Source: Nannocystis bainbridge
GTDB lineage: Bacteria; Myxococcota_A; Polyangia; Nannocystales; Nannocystaceae
Length of the DNA stretch: 64,000 bases
Assembly (NCBI RefSeq): GCF_028368995.1
Contig: NZ_JAQNDL010000002.1
Span: 673,724-737,723, forward strand
Reading direction: 5' to 3'
Shown here in pieces: positions 36,551 through 45,465 of this stretch; position 1 is the first letter of the stretch, and every line of letters begins with the position of its first letter. Made by a program: the position numbers and the translations under genes. The notes below the pieces were generated by a model. The model was given only the letters and a program-made list of their open reading frames with translations. It was not told where the DNA came from and did no database searches.

Positions 36551-36694
36551 TCTGTCTGTAAGGACATGCTCTTTCGAGCATGTCCCGCGGCCAGGGATCA
36601 GCCGGCCGAGCTGTCGTCTGGGTCTGTCCGTAAGGACATGCTCTTTCGAGCATGTCCACCGGCCAAGAAACAGCCGGCCGAGCGGTTTTTAAGT
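36551..36694. repeat. two direct copies of an about 72-bp repeat, each containing the perfect palindrome GGACATGCTC-TTTC-GAGCATGTCC
   Basis: tctgtctgtaaggacatgctctttcgagcatgtcccgcggccagggatcagccggccgagc vs tctgtccgtaaggacatgctctttcgagcatgtccaccggccaagaaacagccggccgagc; lies at convergent junction. Confidence 0.8.
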
Positions 36695-37695
36695 GACCTG
36701 CTCTTCCGGCAATGTCCCGGCGACCAGGTGCTCGAGCCAGCCGGCGAAGCGCGGGCCGGTGAGCCCGTGGCCGAGGTGGTAGCGCAGCTCGGCCTCGACG
36801 GCGCCGCGCCAGGCCTCGATCTCGCCCGAGCCCGCCAGCAGCTCGCCCACGGTGGCGTCGCCGAGCCCGGCGACGACCTCGTTCAACACGGCCTCGATCT
36901 CGGCGGGCAGGCGGTCCCACGCGGCGACGGCGACCAGCGCGGCGTGGAGATCGCGGGCGACCACGGCAGGGTCGAGCTTGAGCAGCTCGGCATGCAGCGC
37001 CGACTCCGGCAGGTCGAGCAGCGAGGCCAGGACATCGCCGCGAAAGGCCGCGCCCTCGCTGGCGTGCCTGGGGTCGCTGACGCGATCGACGATCATGTCG
37101 ATCACGCGACCGACCGCGCCGTCGACGAAGCCGCGCACGCGGTCCTCGACCGAGGCGTCGAGGCCGACCGCGGAGGCGACGCCCTTGGCGACGCCGAACA
37201 GCTTGGAGGTCACGCCGGCGCCCGGGATCTTGCTGGTGTCCGGGAAGATCGAGCCGACCTTCTTTGCGAAGTCGAGCAGGGTGGTGTGGAGGATCGTGCG
37301 CGACAGGTCGCGCACGGTCGCCTGATCGACGACGGCCCGCACGAGCGCGCGGCTCGGCGTGTAGGGCCTGCGGACGACGCTGCGGAGCAGCGGCACCAGC
37401 TCGCCGGGCAGCCGCGCGCGCACGCTGCCCTGGCGCGGACGGATCCGCCCGAGCGCGTCGCGGAGGCGCTGCTCGAGCCATGACGCGTGGCCGGGCGCGG
37501 CGGCGGCGGCCTGCAGGCCGGTGACGATCAGCGGGGTCAGCCGGACGGGATCGACGAAGCGACGTGCGGGCGCCGCGAGGACCTCGTCGACCAGCAGCGC
37601 TGCGAGCGCGGCGAGGTAGCGCGGCTCGTCGCGCAGTCGCGCGAGGAGGGCAGGGACGTGGGGCACGCCGGCCCTATACCAAGCTTCCTGCACCA
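36689..37695 (-). CDS. hypothetical protein
   Basis: Minus-strand ORF 36689..37936 with good codon bias; true start uncertain (GTG about 37692-37695 at VVQEAWYRAG; the ATG at 37777 would overlap the divergent gene start); no domain recognised. Confidence 0.4.
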
Positions 37696-37775
37696 CGGAT
37701 ACGCTGGTCTCACGACGCGCTCTCGCCGGCCTCTCGCCGAGACCCGGCCCTGACAAGGCGCGTTGTCCCGCCGCC

Positions 37776-38642
37776 ATGCACAGCCGCAACGTCGAGATCA
37801 AGAGCCCCTGCCACGAGTCGTGGGACGCCATGCACGGCGACGAAGCGCGCCGCTTCTGCGATGTCTGCGCCAAGCACGTGCACAACCTCTCGGCGATGTC
37901 CCGGCAGGCCGCCACCGATCTCCTGACGGAGCACAAGGGCCAGCACCTGTGCGTCCGCTACTCGAACCAAGAGGACGGCCAGATCGCGTTCCGCGACACC
38001 GTTCCGCTGTCTCGCCTGCGTCCGGTGCGGACCGCCTTTGCAGCGATGATGCTGGCCGCCTGCGCCCCGCACGGCGACGGCCCGCCGATCCAGGACCTCG
38101 GCGACATCGCCATCGAGGCGATGGCCCGCGACGCCAGGCCGTCGCCCGAGGGCGGCTGCGAGGTCCAGACCGGGCCGTTCACGACGATGCACTTCCCCGC
38201 GAGCCACGAGGTGTGCCGCAACGTCGTCGACATCGGGGCCCAGATCCGTCCGCCCGTGGCGCCGCCGCCCGAGCCGCCGCCGCCGATGCCGACGATGGGC
38301 GCCGCGCCCGTGGCGATGGACCCGCCGCCGCCGCCGCCCGGTGAGGAGCTGATGGGCAAGGTGGCGCCGCCCGAGCACGTGAAGATGGGCGAGGCGACGC
38401 CCGACGCGAAGGAGCCGTGCGACCCGCAGGCCTTCGCCCCGCCGCCGCCGGACCCGCCGCCGTCGATGCTGATGGGCCAGGCGGTCGCCCCGGAAGCGCT
38501 CCAGCCGCCCGCGCCGCCGCCCCCCGCGGAGCCGCTGATGGGCGACGTGGTCGCCGACATCCCGCCGCCGCCGCCGCCGACCGCGAGGATGGGCCGGGTC
38601 GCTCCGAAGACCGGCAAGGTGAAGGTGCCCGCCGGACTCTGA
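37776..38642 (+). CDS. putative zinc-finger membrane protein with proline-rich repeat ectodomain
   Basis: N-terminus CHESW...RRFCDVCAKHVHNL (Cys/His cluster), predicted TM/anchor RTAFAAMMLAACAPHG, then five repeats of the form PPPPxPPxxLMGxVAP. Confidence 0.5.
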   Translation: MHSRNVEIKSPCHESWDAMHGDEARRFCDVCAKHVHNLSAMSRQAATDLLTEHKGQHLCVRYSNQEDGQIAFRDTVPLSRLRPVRTAFAAMMLAACAPHGDGPPIQDLGDIAIEAMARDARPSPEGGCEVQTGPFTTMHFPASHEVCRNVVDIGAQIRPPVAPPPEPPPPMPTMGAAPVAMDPPPPPPGEELMGKVAPPEHVKMGEATPDAKEPCDPQAFAPPPPDPPPSMLMGQAVAPEALQPPAPPPPAEPLMGDVVADIPPPPPPTARMGRVAPKTGKVKVPAGL

Positions 38643-38666
38643 GGTCGCGTCGCTGCGGGTGGGAAG

Positions 38667-38750
38667 GGCATGGCCTCGCGGCCATGCCCTTTCGTACATG
38701 TCCTCGAGGGCATGTTTTTATGGGCATGGCCTTTGGCTCATGCTTCGCCG
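38667..38750. repeat. array of 6 units of the 14-bp repeat
   Basis: ggcatggcctcgcg / gccatgccctttcg / tacatgtcctcgag / ggcatgtttttatg / ggcatggcctttgg / ctcatgcttcgccg. Confidence 0.85.
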
Positions 38751-38852
38751 AGCCCGCCGCGGACCCGGCCCGCGACCGCGGTCACGGCTCCTCCGCCCGA
38801 GCGTCCGCGGGGCGAGGCGGCCCTCGCACCGGCCCTCGCACCTGGCCTGCGG

Positions 38853-38908
38853 GTCATGCCCTCACGGCCATGTCCTCAAAGACATGGCCGCAGCGACATG
38901 TCCTCACG
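38853..38908. repeat. array of 4 units of the 14-bp repeat overlapping the stop codon of the large minus-strand gene
   Basis: gtcatgccctcacg / gccatgtcctcaaa / gacatggccgcagc / gacatgtcctcacg; the last unit supplies the TGA (38904-38906, minus strand). Confidence 0.8.
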
Positions 38909-41900
38909 GACCGGTGGTGAAGTCCTCGCGGTTGCTGTCCCACCAGGCCTGCCAGGCGCGCAGCGCCAGGTCCCGGCTGCGGCGGTCGCCCTCGGCGGGG
39001 AACGGGATCCGCTGGCCGGTGATCCGCGCCAGCTCGTCGGCGGCCCACCGGCGCACGGCCTCGTCGCGGTGACGCAGGCCGTCGATGACCCACTCGATGC
39101 GCGGCTCCTGGCCGTGCTCGGCGTACCAGGCCCGCCAGCGCTGGGCGCGGTAGCCGTGGTGCTTGGCGGTGATCGAGCACAGCGCCTCGAGCGCGGCCTC
39201 GCGGACGTGCTTGTCGCGCACGGCCAGCAGGTCGATGAGGCGCGGCACGGCCAGGGTGTCGCGCAAGGTGCCGGCGGCCTCGACCGCGAGCAGCTGCCGG
39301 TCGTGGTCCTCGCTCTCGAGATCGCCGCGGATCTCCGCGGCCACGGCGGCGAAGTCGGGCACGCGGCTGTACGACTCGAGCACGCGGGTGGCGATCAGGC
39401 GCACGTCGGGGTCGGGGTCGAACGCCAGCTCGGCGAGCGGCCGCAGGCACCGCGGGTCGCGCAGCTCCTGGAACAGGAACGCGGCGTAGAAGCGGATCTG
39501 CGGCCGCACGCTGGCGAACAGCGCCAGCACGTGGGGGCTGACGGCGTGCCCGAGCTCGACGCAGGCGCGCAGCAGCGGGCCGTGGGCGCTCGGCGGCGGG
39601 AAGGTGGTCGCGTTGGCGAGGTCGATGGGGCCGGGGAAGCGCGCGGCGAGGCGAGCCAGGCCGCGCTCGTCGAGCGCCCGCAGGCGCGAGACGCTGGTCC
39701 ATTCGGCCGGGTTCTGCAGGAAGGCCTCGAGCACGGCGTCGATCTCGCGCTCGTCGAGCGCCGTCGTCGGGCCCGCTTCGGCCGGCCTGTCGGCGGGCGC
39801 CGCGTCGGTCGGCGGCGCGGCGGCTGCAGACGCGGTCGCGGCGGCCTCGGTCGCGTCGTCGCGGGGGGTGTCCTCCGCGACATGCCCTTCGGGACCGGTC
39901 TCGGAGGACATGTCCTCGGGGACATGACCGGAAGTGCTGGAGGAGGCGGCCGGGACGTCGTCGGCCTCGCGCACCAGCCGCGGCATGGTCAGGACGTCGG
40001 ACGAGGCCTCCGGGCGCGGCTCGTGCTTGGCGCGGCGCCGGCCGCTGCGCGGGCCGATCAGGGTGGTCGGCATCGACAGCGTCGGGCCGCCCTCGAGCTC
40101 GTCGGGGCCGCTGCGCCGGGCCATCGGGTGCGGCGTGGCGGTGAGGCCGCTCGAGCGCCGCAGCGTCTTCGGGATCACCAGCACCGGCTCCTCCGCGCTC
40201 GGCTCGGCGGGACGGCGGCGCCTCACGGCCCCGGGGGTGCCGGGCGGCGCGACGAGGTTGGGGATCAGCGGCCCGGATGCGCCCGGTTCGACCAGCGGCG
40301 GGATGTCGAGCACGGTCTTGGCGTCGGGCGCGGCGAGGCTCTCGACCAACAGCGGCGCGTGCGTCAGCGGCGGCGAGAGGTCGAGGATCGTCGGCGTGTC
40401 GGAGGCGGCGCGCGGCCAATCGTCGAACTCGGGGTCGGGCAGGCCGCCCCGCGCGGTCTCGTCGAGCATCACCCGCGGCGCGCCGGGCAGCGTCGAGGCC
40501 GGGTCGTGATCGACCCGGGCGTCGGCGGCGGACCGCAGCGCGCTGGCGACCGGCAGCGGATCCTCGATGCCCGAGGGCTCGGCGGTGGCGATCCAGCCGG
40601 GCATGTCGGCCCGGGCAGCCGCGGGCGGCCCGGAGGTGTCCGAACGACCATGTCCGAAGGTGCCTGGCCGATCGGTCAGGTCGATGGTGACGGTCGGGAC
40701 CGGCGGGCGCGTGAACATCGCCGCGAAGCGAGCCACGAGCGGGCTGTCGGGGCCGTTCTCGGGGCCGAGCGGCACCGGCACCGGCGCCAGGCCGAGGCCG
40801 GGGCCGTCGCGCCGCGGGGGCGGGCTGTCGGCCTCGTGATCGTCGGTGAGGTCTTCGTAGTCCTGCTCGTCCGCGCTCGGTTCGGGCTCGTCGGCGCTCG
40901 GCTGGGCCCGCACCACCGCGGAGCTCTCGGCGCGGACCGGCAGCGGGGTGACGGTCGACGGATCGTCGCGGCGGATCGGGTTCTTCAGGGTGATGATGCC
41001 GCGGCCACGGCTGCTGCTGCTGCTGCTGCTGCTGCCGCTGCTGCGCCCGCGCGAGCGGCTGGCCGCGCTGCTGCTGTCCCCGAAGCCAGGTTCATCGGTC
41101 AGCCGGGCGGGGCTAGGCGGCGGCTCGTCCGGAGTCTCCGGCGCTGCGGCGGCGACCGCGGGCTCGGGCTCGGGCTCCGGGATGTCCTCGGGGACAGGTG
41201 GCACGGCGGCCGGCGCGTCGGCCTCGTCTTCGCTGACGATCGGGTGCGGGCGGACGGACGGGCGCGCGCGGTCGGCTGCTCCGGCGCCGACGGTGCCGCC
41301 GGGCACCACCCAGCCGAGCAGACGCAGCAGGGCCTCGAGGCTCTGGCGGGCGGTGTCGCACAGCTCGCGCAGGACGGTGCGCTCGCGCGGATCGAAGGCG
41401 ACGCCGGCGCGGTCGACGTAGAGCATCAGGACCGTGCGACCGCCGGCGAGCACCGGCTCGAAGATGCAGGGGATCCCGAGCGGCTGGCCGACGGCGAACG
41501 ACAGGCTCGGCTCGATCAGGAGGTGCAGCGGGCCCTGGCCGGACACCGCGCGATCGAGCAGGCCGCCCTCGGGCAGCGGGATGACGAGGCCCTCGGACAG
41601 CCTGAGCGCGCTGCCGGGGGCCGCCAGCACGCGCAGGCCCTCGCGCTTGACGCCGAACAGGGCCACGCGCGGGGCGACCAGCGAGGCGGCCTTGACCAGC
41701 GCCTCGGTGATCCGGTCGCGCTCGCGCGCGGTCGCCAGCGCGGCCCGGGCGGCGTCGAGCCGCTGGGCCAGGGTCATGACCATCGCCTGCGGGAGGGCCG
41801 GGGGCTTCTTGGTCGAGGACTCGATCAACGCCTCGTCGGCGCCGACGACCGCGGCTTCGGAAGCGCTGGTCGAAGGGACAGGTGCGGCGTCCGCCGGCTC

Positions 41901-44123
41901 GTTGGATCTGGCCGAAGAGACAGGTAAGGCCGAGCCCGCCGGCGCGGGAGAGCTGGCCGAAGCGACAGGCGGAGCTTCTTCCAGCGCGGTGGAGCTGGTC
42001 GAAGAGACAGGTGAGGCCGAGCTCGCCGGTGCGGGAGAGCTGGTCGAAGAGACAGGCGGAGCGGCTTCCGACGGGCGAGTGGCGCTGTCGTTCGCGCCGG
42101 GAGCGAGGTTGTCGGGCGGCGTGGTGGCGGCGCCGACGGGGATGCCGACCAGGGTGCGGCGGTCCGCGAGACCGGAGGAGTCCCTCGCGCGGGGCGTGGG
42201 CCGGGTCGTGGGCGCCGGCGGGAGGATGATGAGCGGCGTATCGGGGGCGATCGCCATCCCGGCGAACGAGCCGCCGCCGTCGTCGAACCCACGCGGGGGA
42301 ACGAGCGGCGCGTCAGGGGCGACGGGCACGGGGTCGAAGCTCGACGGCCGGGTCGGCGACGGTTGCGGGGCGGGGTTCGCGGTGATGCTCGCCGAATCGG
42401 TCTCGGGCGCGCTGTCGTAGGCGGCCGTCTGACGGCTGGCAGCGGGGGTGGGGGCGGGGTCGTCGGTGAGGCTGTCCTCGAGGCCAGGCTGCTGCGCGTG
42501 CCGTGAGGCCCGGGCCGCGTCGGCTGCGAACGCCTCGGTGAGGGCGCTGGGCTCGCCCTTGTTCGCGGGGCGCGCGTCGGGGATGGTCGCGGCGGGCCTG
42601 TCCTCGGGGACAGCTGCGGCGAGGTCCGAGGACCTGTCCGGAGAGGCAGGTGCCGAACCCGACGGCTCGCCGGCCGCGGACGGCGAGGTCGCGGGGACAG
42701 GCTGAGGCAGATCGACCCGGGCCGTCGAGCCTTCGGCGGCAGGACGCGACGAATCGACGGAGATGTCCTCGGGGACAGGCGCGAGCGACTCGTCGCGCGC
42801 GGTCGCGCCGTTGCCGGCTCCGCGCAGCGAGCCCGCGTCCGCAGGGCGGGGCGAAGCGGCCGTCGCGGAACCACTGGTAGCAGGGCTCCCGGCGAGCCCG
42901 GAGGCGCGGGCGGCGGTGGTCGGACCGGACATCGCGGCCGGTCGGGGGCCGGCGTTTTGCCTGTCCGCGGGGACAGGTACGTCGGTCCCTCGCGCCTCGG
43001 TCAGCGGCGCCGCGGCGTCCTGGGTCGCGCCGAGCGCACGTGCATCGGCGGCGTCGCGCGGCCTGTCCGCTGGGACAGGCGCATCCGCGGCGCGGAGTTC
43101 GGGCGTCGCTCCGGCCGAGGTGTCGGCGGGGTTGTCCGCAAGGACAGGCGCTTCGGGCGAGGCGTCGGCGGGGCTGTCCGCAAGGACAGGCGCTTCGGGC
43201 GAGGCCTCGGCGGGGCTGTCCGCAAGGACAGGCGATTGGGCCGAGGCGTCGGCGGGGCTGTCCGCAAGGACAGGCGCCGTCGCCTCGTGAGCGTCGCGGG
43301 CCCCGGAGGCGTTCGCGGACTCGTCCGTCGCGCTCGCGTCGTCGGAGCCACCGATCTCACCCGGCGCGACCTCATCCTCGGCCATGTCCGAAGAGACAGG
43401 CCGCTCGTCGCTCGTCGACAAGTCGGGCGTCGCAGCCCCGGCGCCCGTCGAGCTGTCCGCGGGGACAGGTTCTCCGGCCGTCGGCGCATCGGCGACGGAC
43501 CGGACCGAAGAGCCAGGCGATTCGACGCCCGCCGGCTTGGCGGCGGCTGCGTCCCCGCGCTCGGCCTGCCTGTCCTCAAGGACATGTGCACTCGTCAGCT
43601 CGCTCGCCGGCCCGTGGGTGGGGACGAGGCTGATCGTGAGCGAGGAGGTGCGCATCGCCTCGAGATAGTCGAGCAGGATCAGCGCGTAGCGGGGCGCGAG
43701 GATCGAGCCGGTCCGCTCGGCCGCGATCTTGGCCAGGCAGCACTCGGGCGCGACCACCGGGTAGAAGCCGCGGACCATGCGATAAAGCTGGCCGAGCTTG
43801 GCGTCGGGCAGGTCGGGGTGGACGGCGACGATCAGGCGACCGTCCTCCTGCACGAGCGGCATGGCCCAGCCGATGTCGACCAGGTCGCGCGGGACGTGCT
43901 CCCACGGGCGGGCCGGCCCGCGCTCGAGCAGCCGCACCGGCGCGCCCGGGAGGCCGCACGCGCTCTGCAGCAGGTGATCGAGCTGCACCGGGGTCATCAG
44001 CCCGAGCTCGAGGATCGCGGTGTCGAGACTGCCGCCGGCTTGTTGCTGCCGCCGGGTCGCGGCCTCGAGATCGGCGCGCGACAGCGGACCGTTGGCTTCG
44101 AGGTGGCGCAGGAGGAGGCTCAC
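38904..44123 (-). CDS. large multidomain protein: N-terminal T2SS-E N-terminal (GspE-N/MshEN-like) domain, long acidic Pro/Ala/Ser-rich repeat region, C-terminal HEAT-like repeats
   Basis: GTG 44123 overlaps RDD stop as GTGA. N-terminal about 140 aa resemble the T2SSE_N fold. The centre is low complexity with 14-aa (42-nt) PVLADSPAEASPEA repeats and PVPED motifs. C-terminal HEAT-like repeats VREAALEALCSI, VRRWAADELARI. Opposite-strand ORFs inside are artifacts. Confidence 0.6.
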   Translation of the reverse strand: MSLLLRHLEANGPLSRADLEAATRRQQQAGGSLDTAILELGLMTPVQLDHLLQSACGLPGAPVRLLERGPARPWEHVPRDLVDIGWAMPLVQEDGRLIVAVHPDLPDAKLGQLYRMVRGFYPVVAPECCLAKIAAERTGSILAPRYALILLDYLEAMRTSSLTISLVPTHGPASELTSAHVLEDRQAERGDAAAAKPAGVESPGSSVRSVADAPTAGEPVPADSSTGAGAATPDLSTSDERPVSSDMAEDEVAPGEIGGSDDASATDESANASGARDAHEATAPVLADSPADASAQSPVLADSPAEASPEAPVLADSPADASPEAPVLADNPADTSAGATPELRAADAPVPADRPRDAADARALGATQDAAAPLTEARGTDVPVPADRQNAGPRPAAMSGPTTAARASGLAGSPATSGSATAASPRPADAGSLRGAGNGATARDESLAPVPEDISVDSSRPAAEGSTARVDLPQPVPATSPSAAGEPSGSAPASPDRSSDLAAAVPEDRPAATIPDARPANKGEPSALTEAFAADAARASRHAQQPGLEDSLTDDPAPTPAASRQTAAYDSAPETDSASITANPAPQPSPTRPSSFDPVPVAPDAPLVPPRGFDDGGGSFAGMAIAPDTPLIILPPAPTTRPTPRARDSSGLADRRTLVGIPVGAATTPPDNLAPGANDSATRPSEAAPPVSSTSSPAPASSASPVSSTSSTALEEAPPVASASSPAPAGSALPVSSARSNEPADAAPVPSTSASEAAVVGADEALIESSTKKPPALPQAMVMTLAQRLDAARAALATARERDRITEALVKAASLVAPRVALFGVKREGLRVLAAPGSALRLSEGLVIPLPEGGLLDRAVSGQGPLHLLIEPSLSFAVGQPLGIPCIFEPVLAGGRTVLMLYVDRAGVAFDPRERTVLRELCDTARQSLEALLRLLGWVVPGGTVGAGAADRARPSVRPHPIVSEDEADAPAAVPPVPEDIPEPEPEPAVAAAAPETPDEPPPSPARLTDEPGFGDSSSAASRSRGRSSGSSSSSSSSRGRGIITLKNPIRRDDPSTVTPLPVRAESSAVVRAQPSADEPEPSADEQDYEDLTDDHEADSPPPRRDGPGLGLAPVPVPLGPENGPDSPLVARFAAMFTRPPVPTVTIDLTDRPGTFGHGRSDTSGPPAAARADMPGWIATAEPSGIEDPLPVASALRSAADARVDHDPASTLPGAPRVMLDETARGGLPDPEFDDWPRAASDTPTILDLSPPLTHAPLLVESLAAPDAKTVLDIPPLVEPGASGPLIPNLVAPPGTPGAVRRRRPAEPSAEEPVLVIPKTLRRSSGLTATPHPMARRSGPDELEGGPTLSMPTTLIGPRSGRRRAKHEPRPEASSDVLTMPRLVREADDVPAASSSTSGHVPEDMSSETGPEGHVAEDTPRDDATEAAATASAAAAPPTDAAPADRPAEAGPTTALDEREIDAVLEAFLQNPAEWTSVSRLRALDERGLARLAARFPGPIDLANATTFPPPSAHGPLLRACVELGHAVSPHVLALFASVRPQIRFYAAFLFQELRDPRCLRPLAELAFDPDPDVRLIATRVLESYSRVPDFAAVAAEIRGDLESEDHDRQLLAVEAAGTLRDTLAVPRLIDLLAVRDKHVREAALEALCSITAKHHGYRAQRWRAWYAEHGQEPRIEWVIDGLRHRDEAVRRWAADELARITGQRIPFPAEGDRRSRDLALRAWQAWWDSNREDFTTGP

Positions 44124-44701
44124 TGTTCCCTCACGACGTAGGTGCCCGTCAGATAGTCGTGGAAGGCCCGCTTCTCGCGGTCGAAGACCATCCACAGCGA
44201 GCCGAGGCCGCCGGGCACCAGGCCGACGGCGGTGCCCGCGAATCGCACGGTGGCGCGCACCGGACCGACCTTGCCGCCGGCGCGGTGGACCACGCGGATG
44301 CCCGTGAGCTTCTGCCCGGGTGTCCTCCCGGACAGGGCGATGAACAGCACGAAGTAAATCGCGACCATCACCAGCAGGGGCGCGAGCCACACGAGGATCT
44401 CGAGCGGCTCGACGGTGAGGAGCTGCAACAGGCCGGCCCACGAGAAGCCGCCGCGCACCGGGCTCGCCTCGCCGAGCACGCGCTGCAGGCCGAGGTGCAG
44501 CGGGCCCGCGGTGACCAGCAAGATCGCGGCGTCGACCACCGCGGCGGCGAAGCGGCGCCAGAAGCCGGCGACGCGCACCGGCACCAGCGCTTGCCCGCAC
44601 GCGGGGCACGTCGGTCGCCCGTCATTGACGAGGCCGATGTCCAGCGCCGCGTCGCAGCTCGGACACGGGGCGGGGCGCTCCTTGCGAGACCAAAACGCCA
44701 T
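44120..44701 (-). CDS. RDD family membrane protein with N-terminal zinc-ribbon
   Basis: MAFWSRKERPAPCPSCDAAL...CPACGQ zinc ribbon; then RDD-type TM helices and conserved FDREKRAFHDYLTGTYVV C-terminus. Confidence 0.7.
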   Translation of the reverse strand: MAFWSRKERPAPCPSCDAALDIGLVNDGRPTCPACGQALVPVRVAGFWRRFAAAVVDAAILLVTAGPLHLGLQRVLGEASPVRGGFSWAGLLQLLTVEPLEILVWLAPLLVMVAIYFVLFIALSGRTPGQKLTGIRVVHRAGGKVGPVRATVRFAGTAVGLVPGGLGSLWMVFDREKRAFHDYLTGTYVVREQ

Positions 44702-44775
44702 GGGCGCGCACCATAACACGGCCCCGGGCCTCCCGGCCGGTCCCCGCGCGGCCCGGGCCGGGTCTGGGCGGGCGC

Positions 44776-45465
44776 TCAGGCGAACATGACGCGAGCGACA
44801 GCGACCAGCGCCGCCGTCTCGGTCCGCAGCGTGTAGGGCCCGAGGCCGATGGCGCGGAAGCCCGCTGCGCGCAGCAGCGCAGCCTCCTCGGGGGTAAAAC
44901 CACCCTCGGGTCCGACGCACACGCGCGCGCCCGTGACGGCCGCCGGCGCGTCGCTCGATGTCGCGCGCAATTCCTCCCACGCGAACACGCCCGGGAGGTC
45001 GGCGCGCCGGGCGGTGGCCTCGCGGAGATCGACGGGGCCCGAGATCGCGGGGGCTCGCGGCCTGCCGCACTGCCGCTGCGCCGCTCGCAACACCCGCGCG
45101 ATCCGTTCGCCGCCGGGCGCCGCGCCCTGACTGCGGGCGCAGCGGACCAGCACGACCTCGGCGACGCCGACCTCGCACAGCCCCGGCAGCAGGTCCAGCA
45201 CCGTGGCCGGCTCGGGCATGCCGAGCAAGACCACGATCTCGCGCGGCGGCGCCGGCACGGTTCGTTGCTCGAGCAACTTCACGGTGGTGCCGCGCGCGTC
45301 GCCGCCGACGACCTCGGCCAGCCACAGCGCGCCGTGGTCGTCGATCGCCTCGACGTGCGCGCCGTCGCCGACGCGGCGGACCCGGCGAAGGTAGTGCGAC
45401 TCGGCGGCGTCGAGGGCGACGCGCGCCGGATCGGCCGGCGCGCCGACGAACACGCGTGTGCTCAT
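44776..45465 (-). CDS. rsmE: 16S rRNA (uracil1498-N3)-methyltransferase RsmE
   Basis: MSTRVFVG...; C-terminal SPOUT motifs VCVGPEGGFTPEE, LGPYTLRTETAALVAVARV; ATGA overlap with prmA stop. Confidence 0.75.
   Translation of the reverse strand: MSTRVFVGAPADPARVALDAAESHYLRRVRRVGDGAHVEAIDDHGALWLAEVVGGDARGTTVKLLEQRTVPAPPREIVVLLGMPEPATVLDLLPGLCEVGVAEVVLVRCARSQGAAPGGERIARVLRAAQRQCGRPRAPAISGPVDLREATARRADLPGVFAWEELRATSSDAPAAVTGARVCVGPEGGFTPEEAALLRAAGFRAIGLGPYTLRTETAALVAVARVMFA

Noticed and set aside
38659-39072. Small ORFs translating the repeat arrays into Cys/His-containing peptides (MSxRTCPxGHVxxDM...), for example 1791..2009, 36456..36692, 38659..39072, 48143..48460, 48171..48365
   Set aside because: The peptides arise because the palindromic 14-bp unit is stop-free in all frames. 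The same arrays read similarly on both strands and in different frames, there are no RBS or consistent starts, and the arrays are intergenic DNA repeats, so these are not treated as genes. A translated role cannot be excluded.
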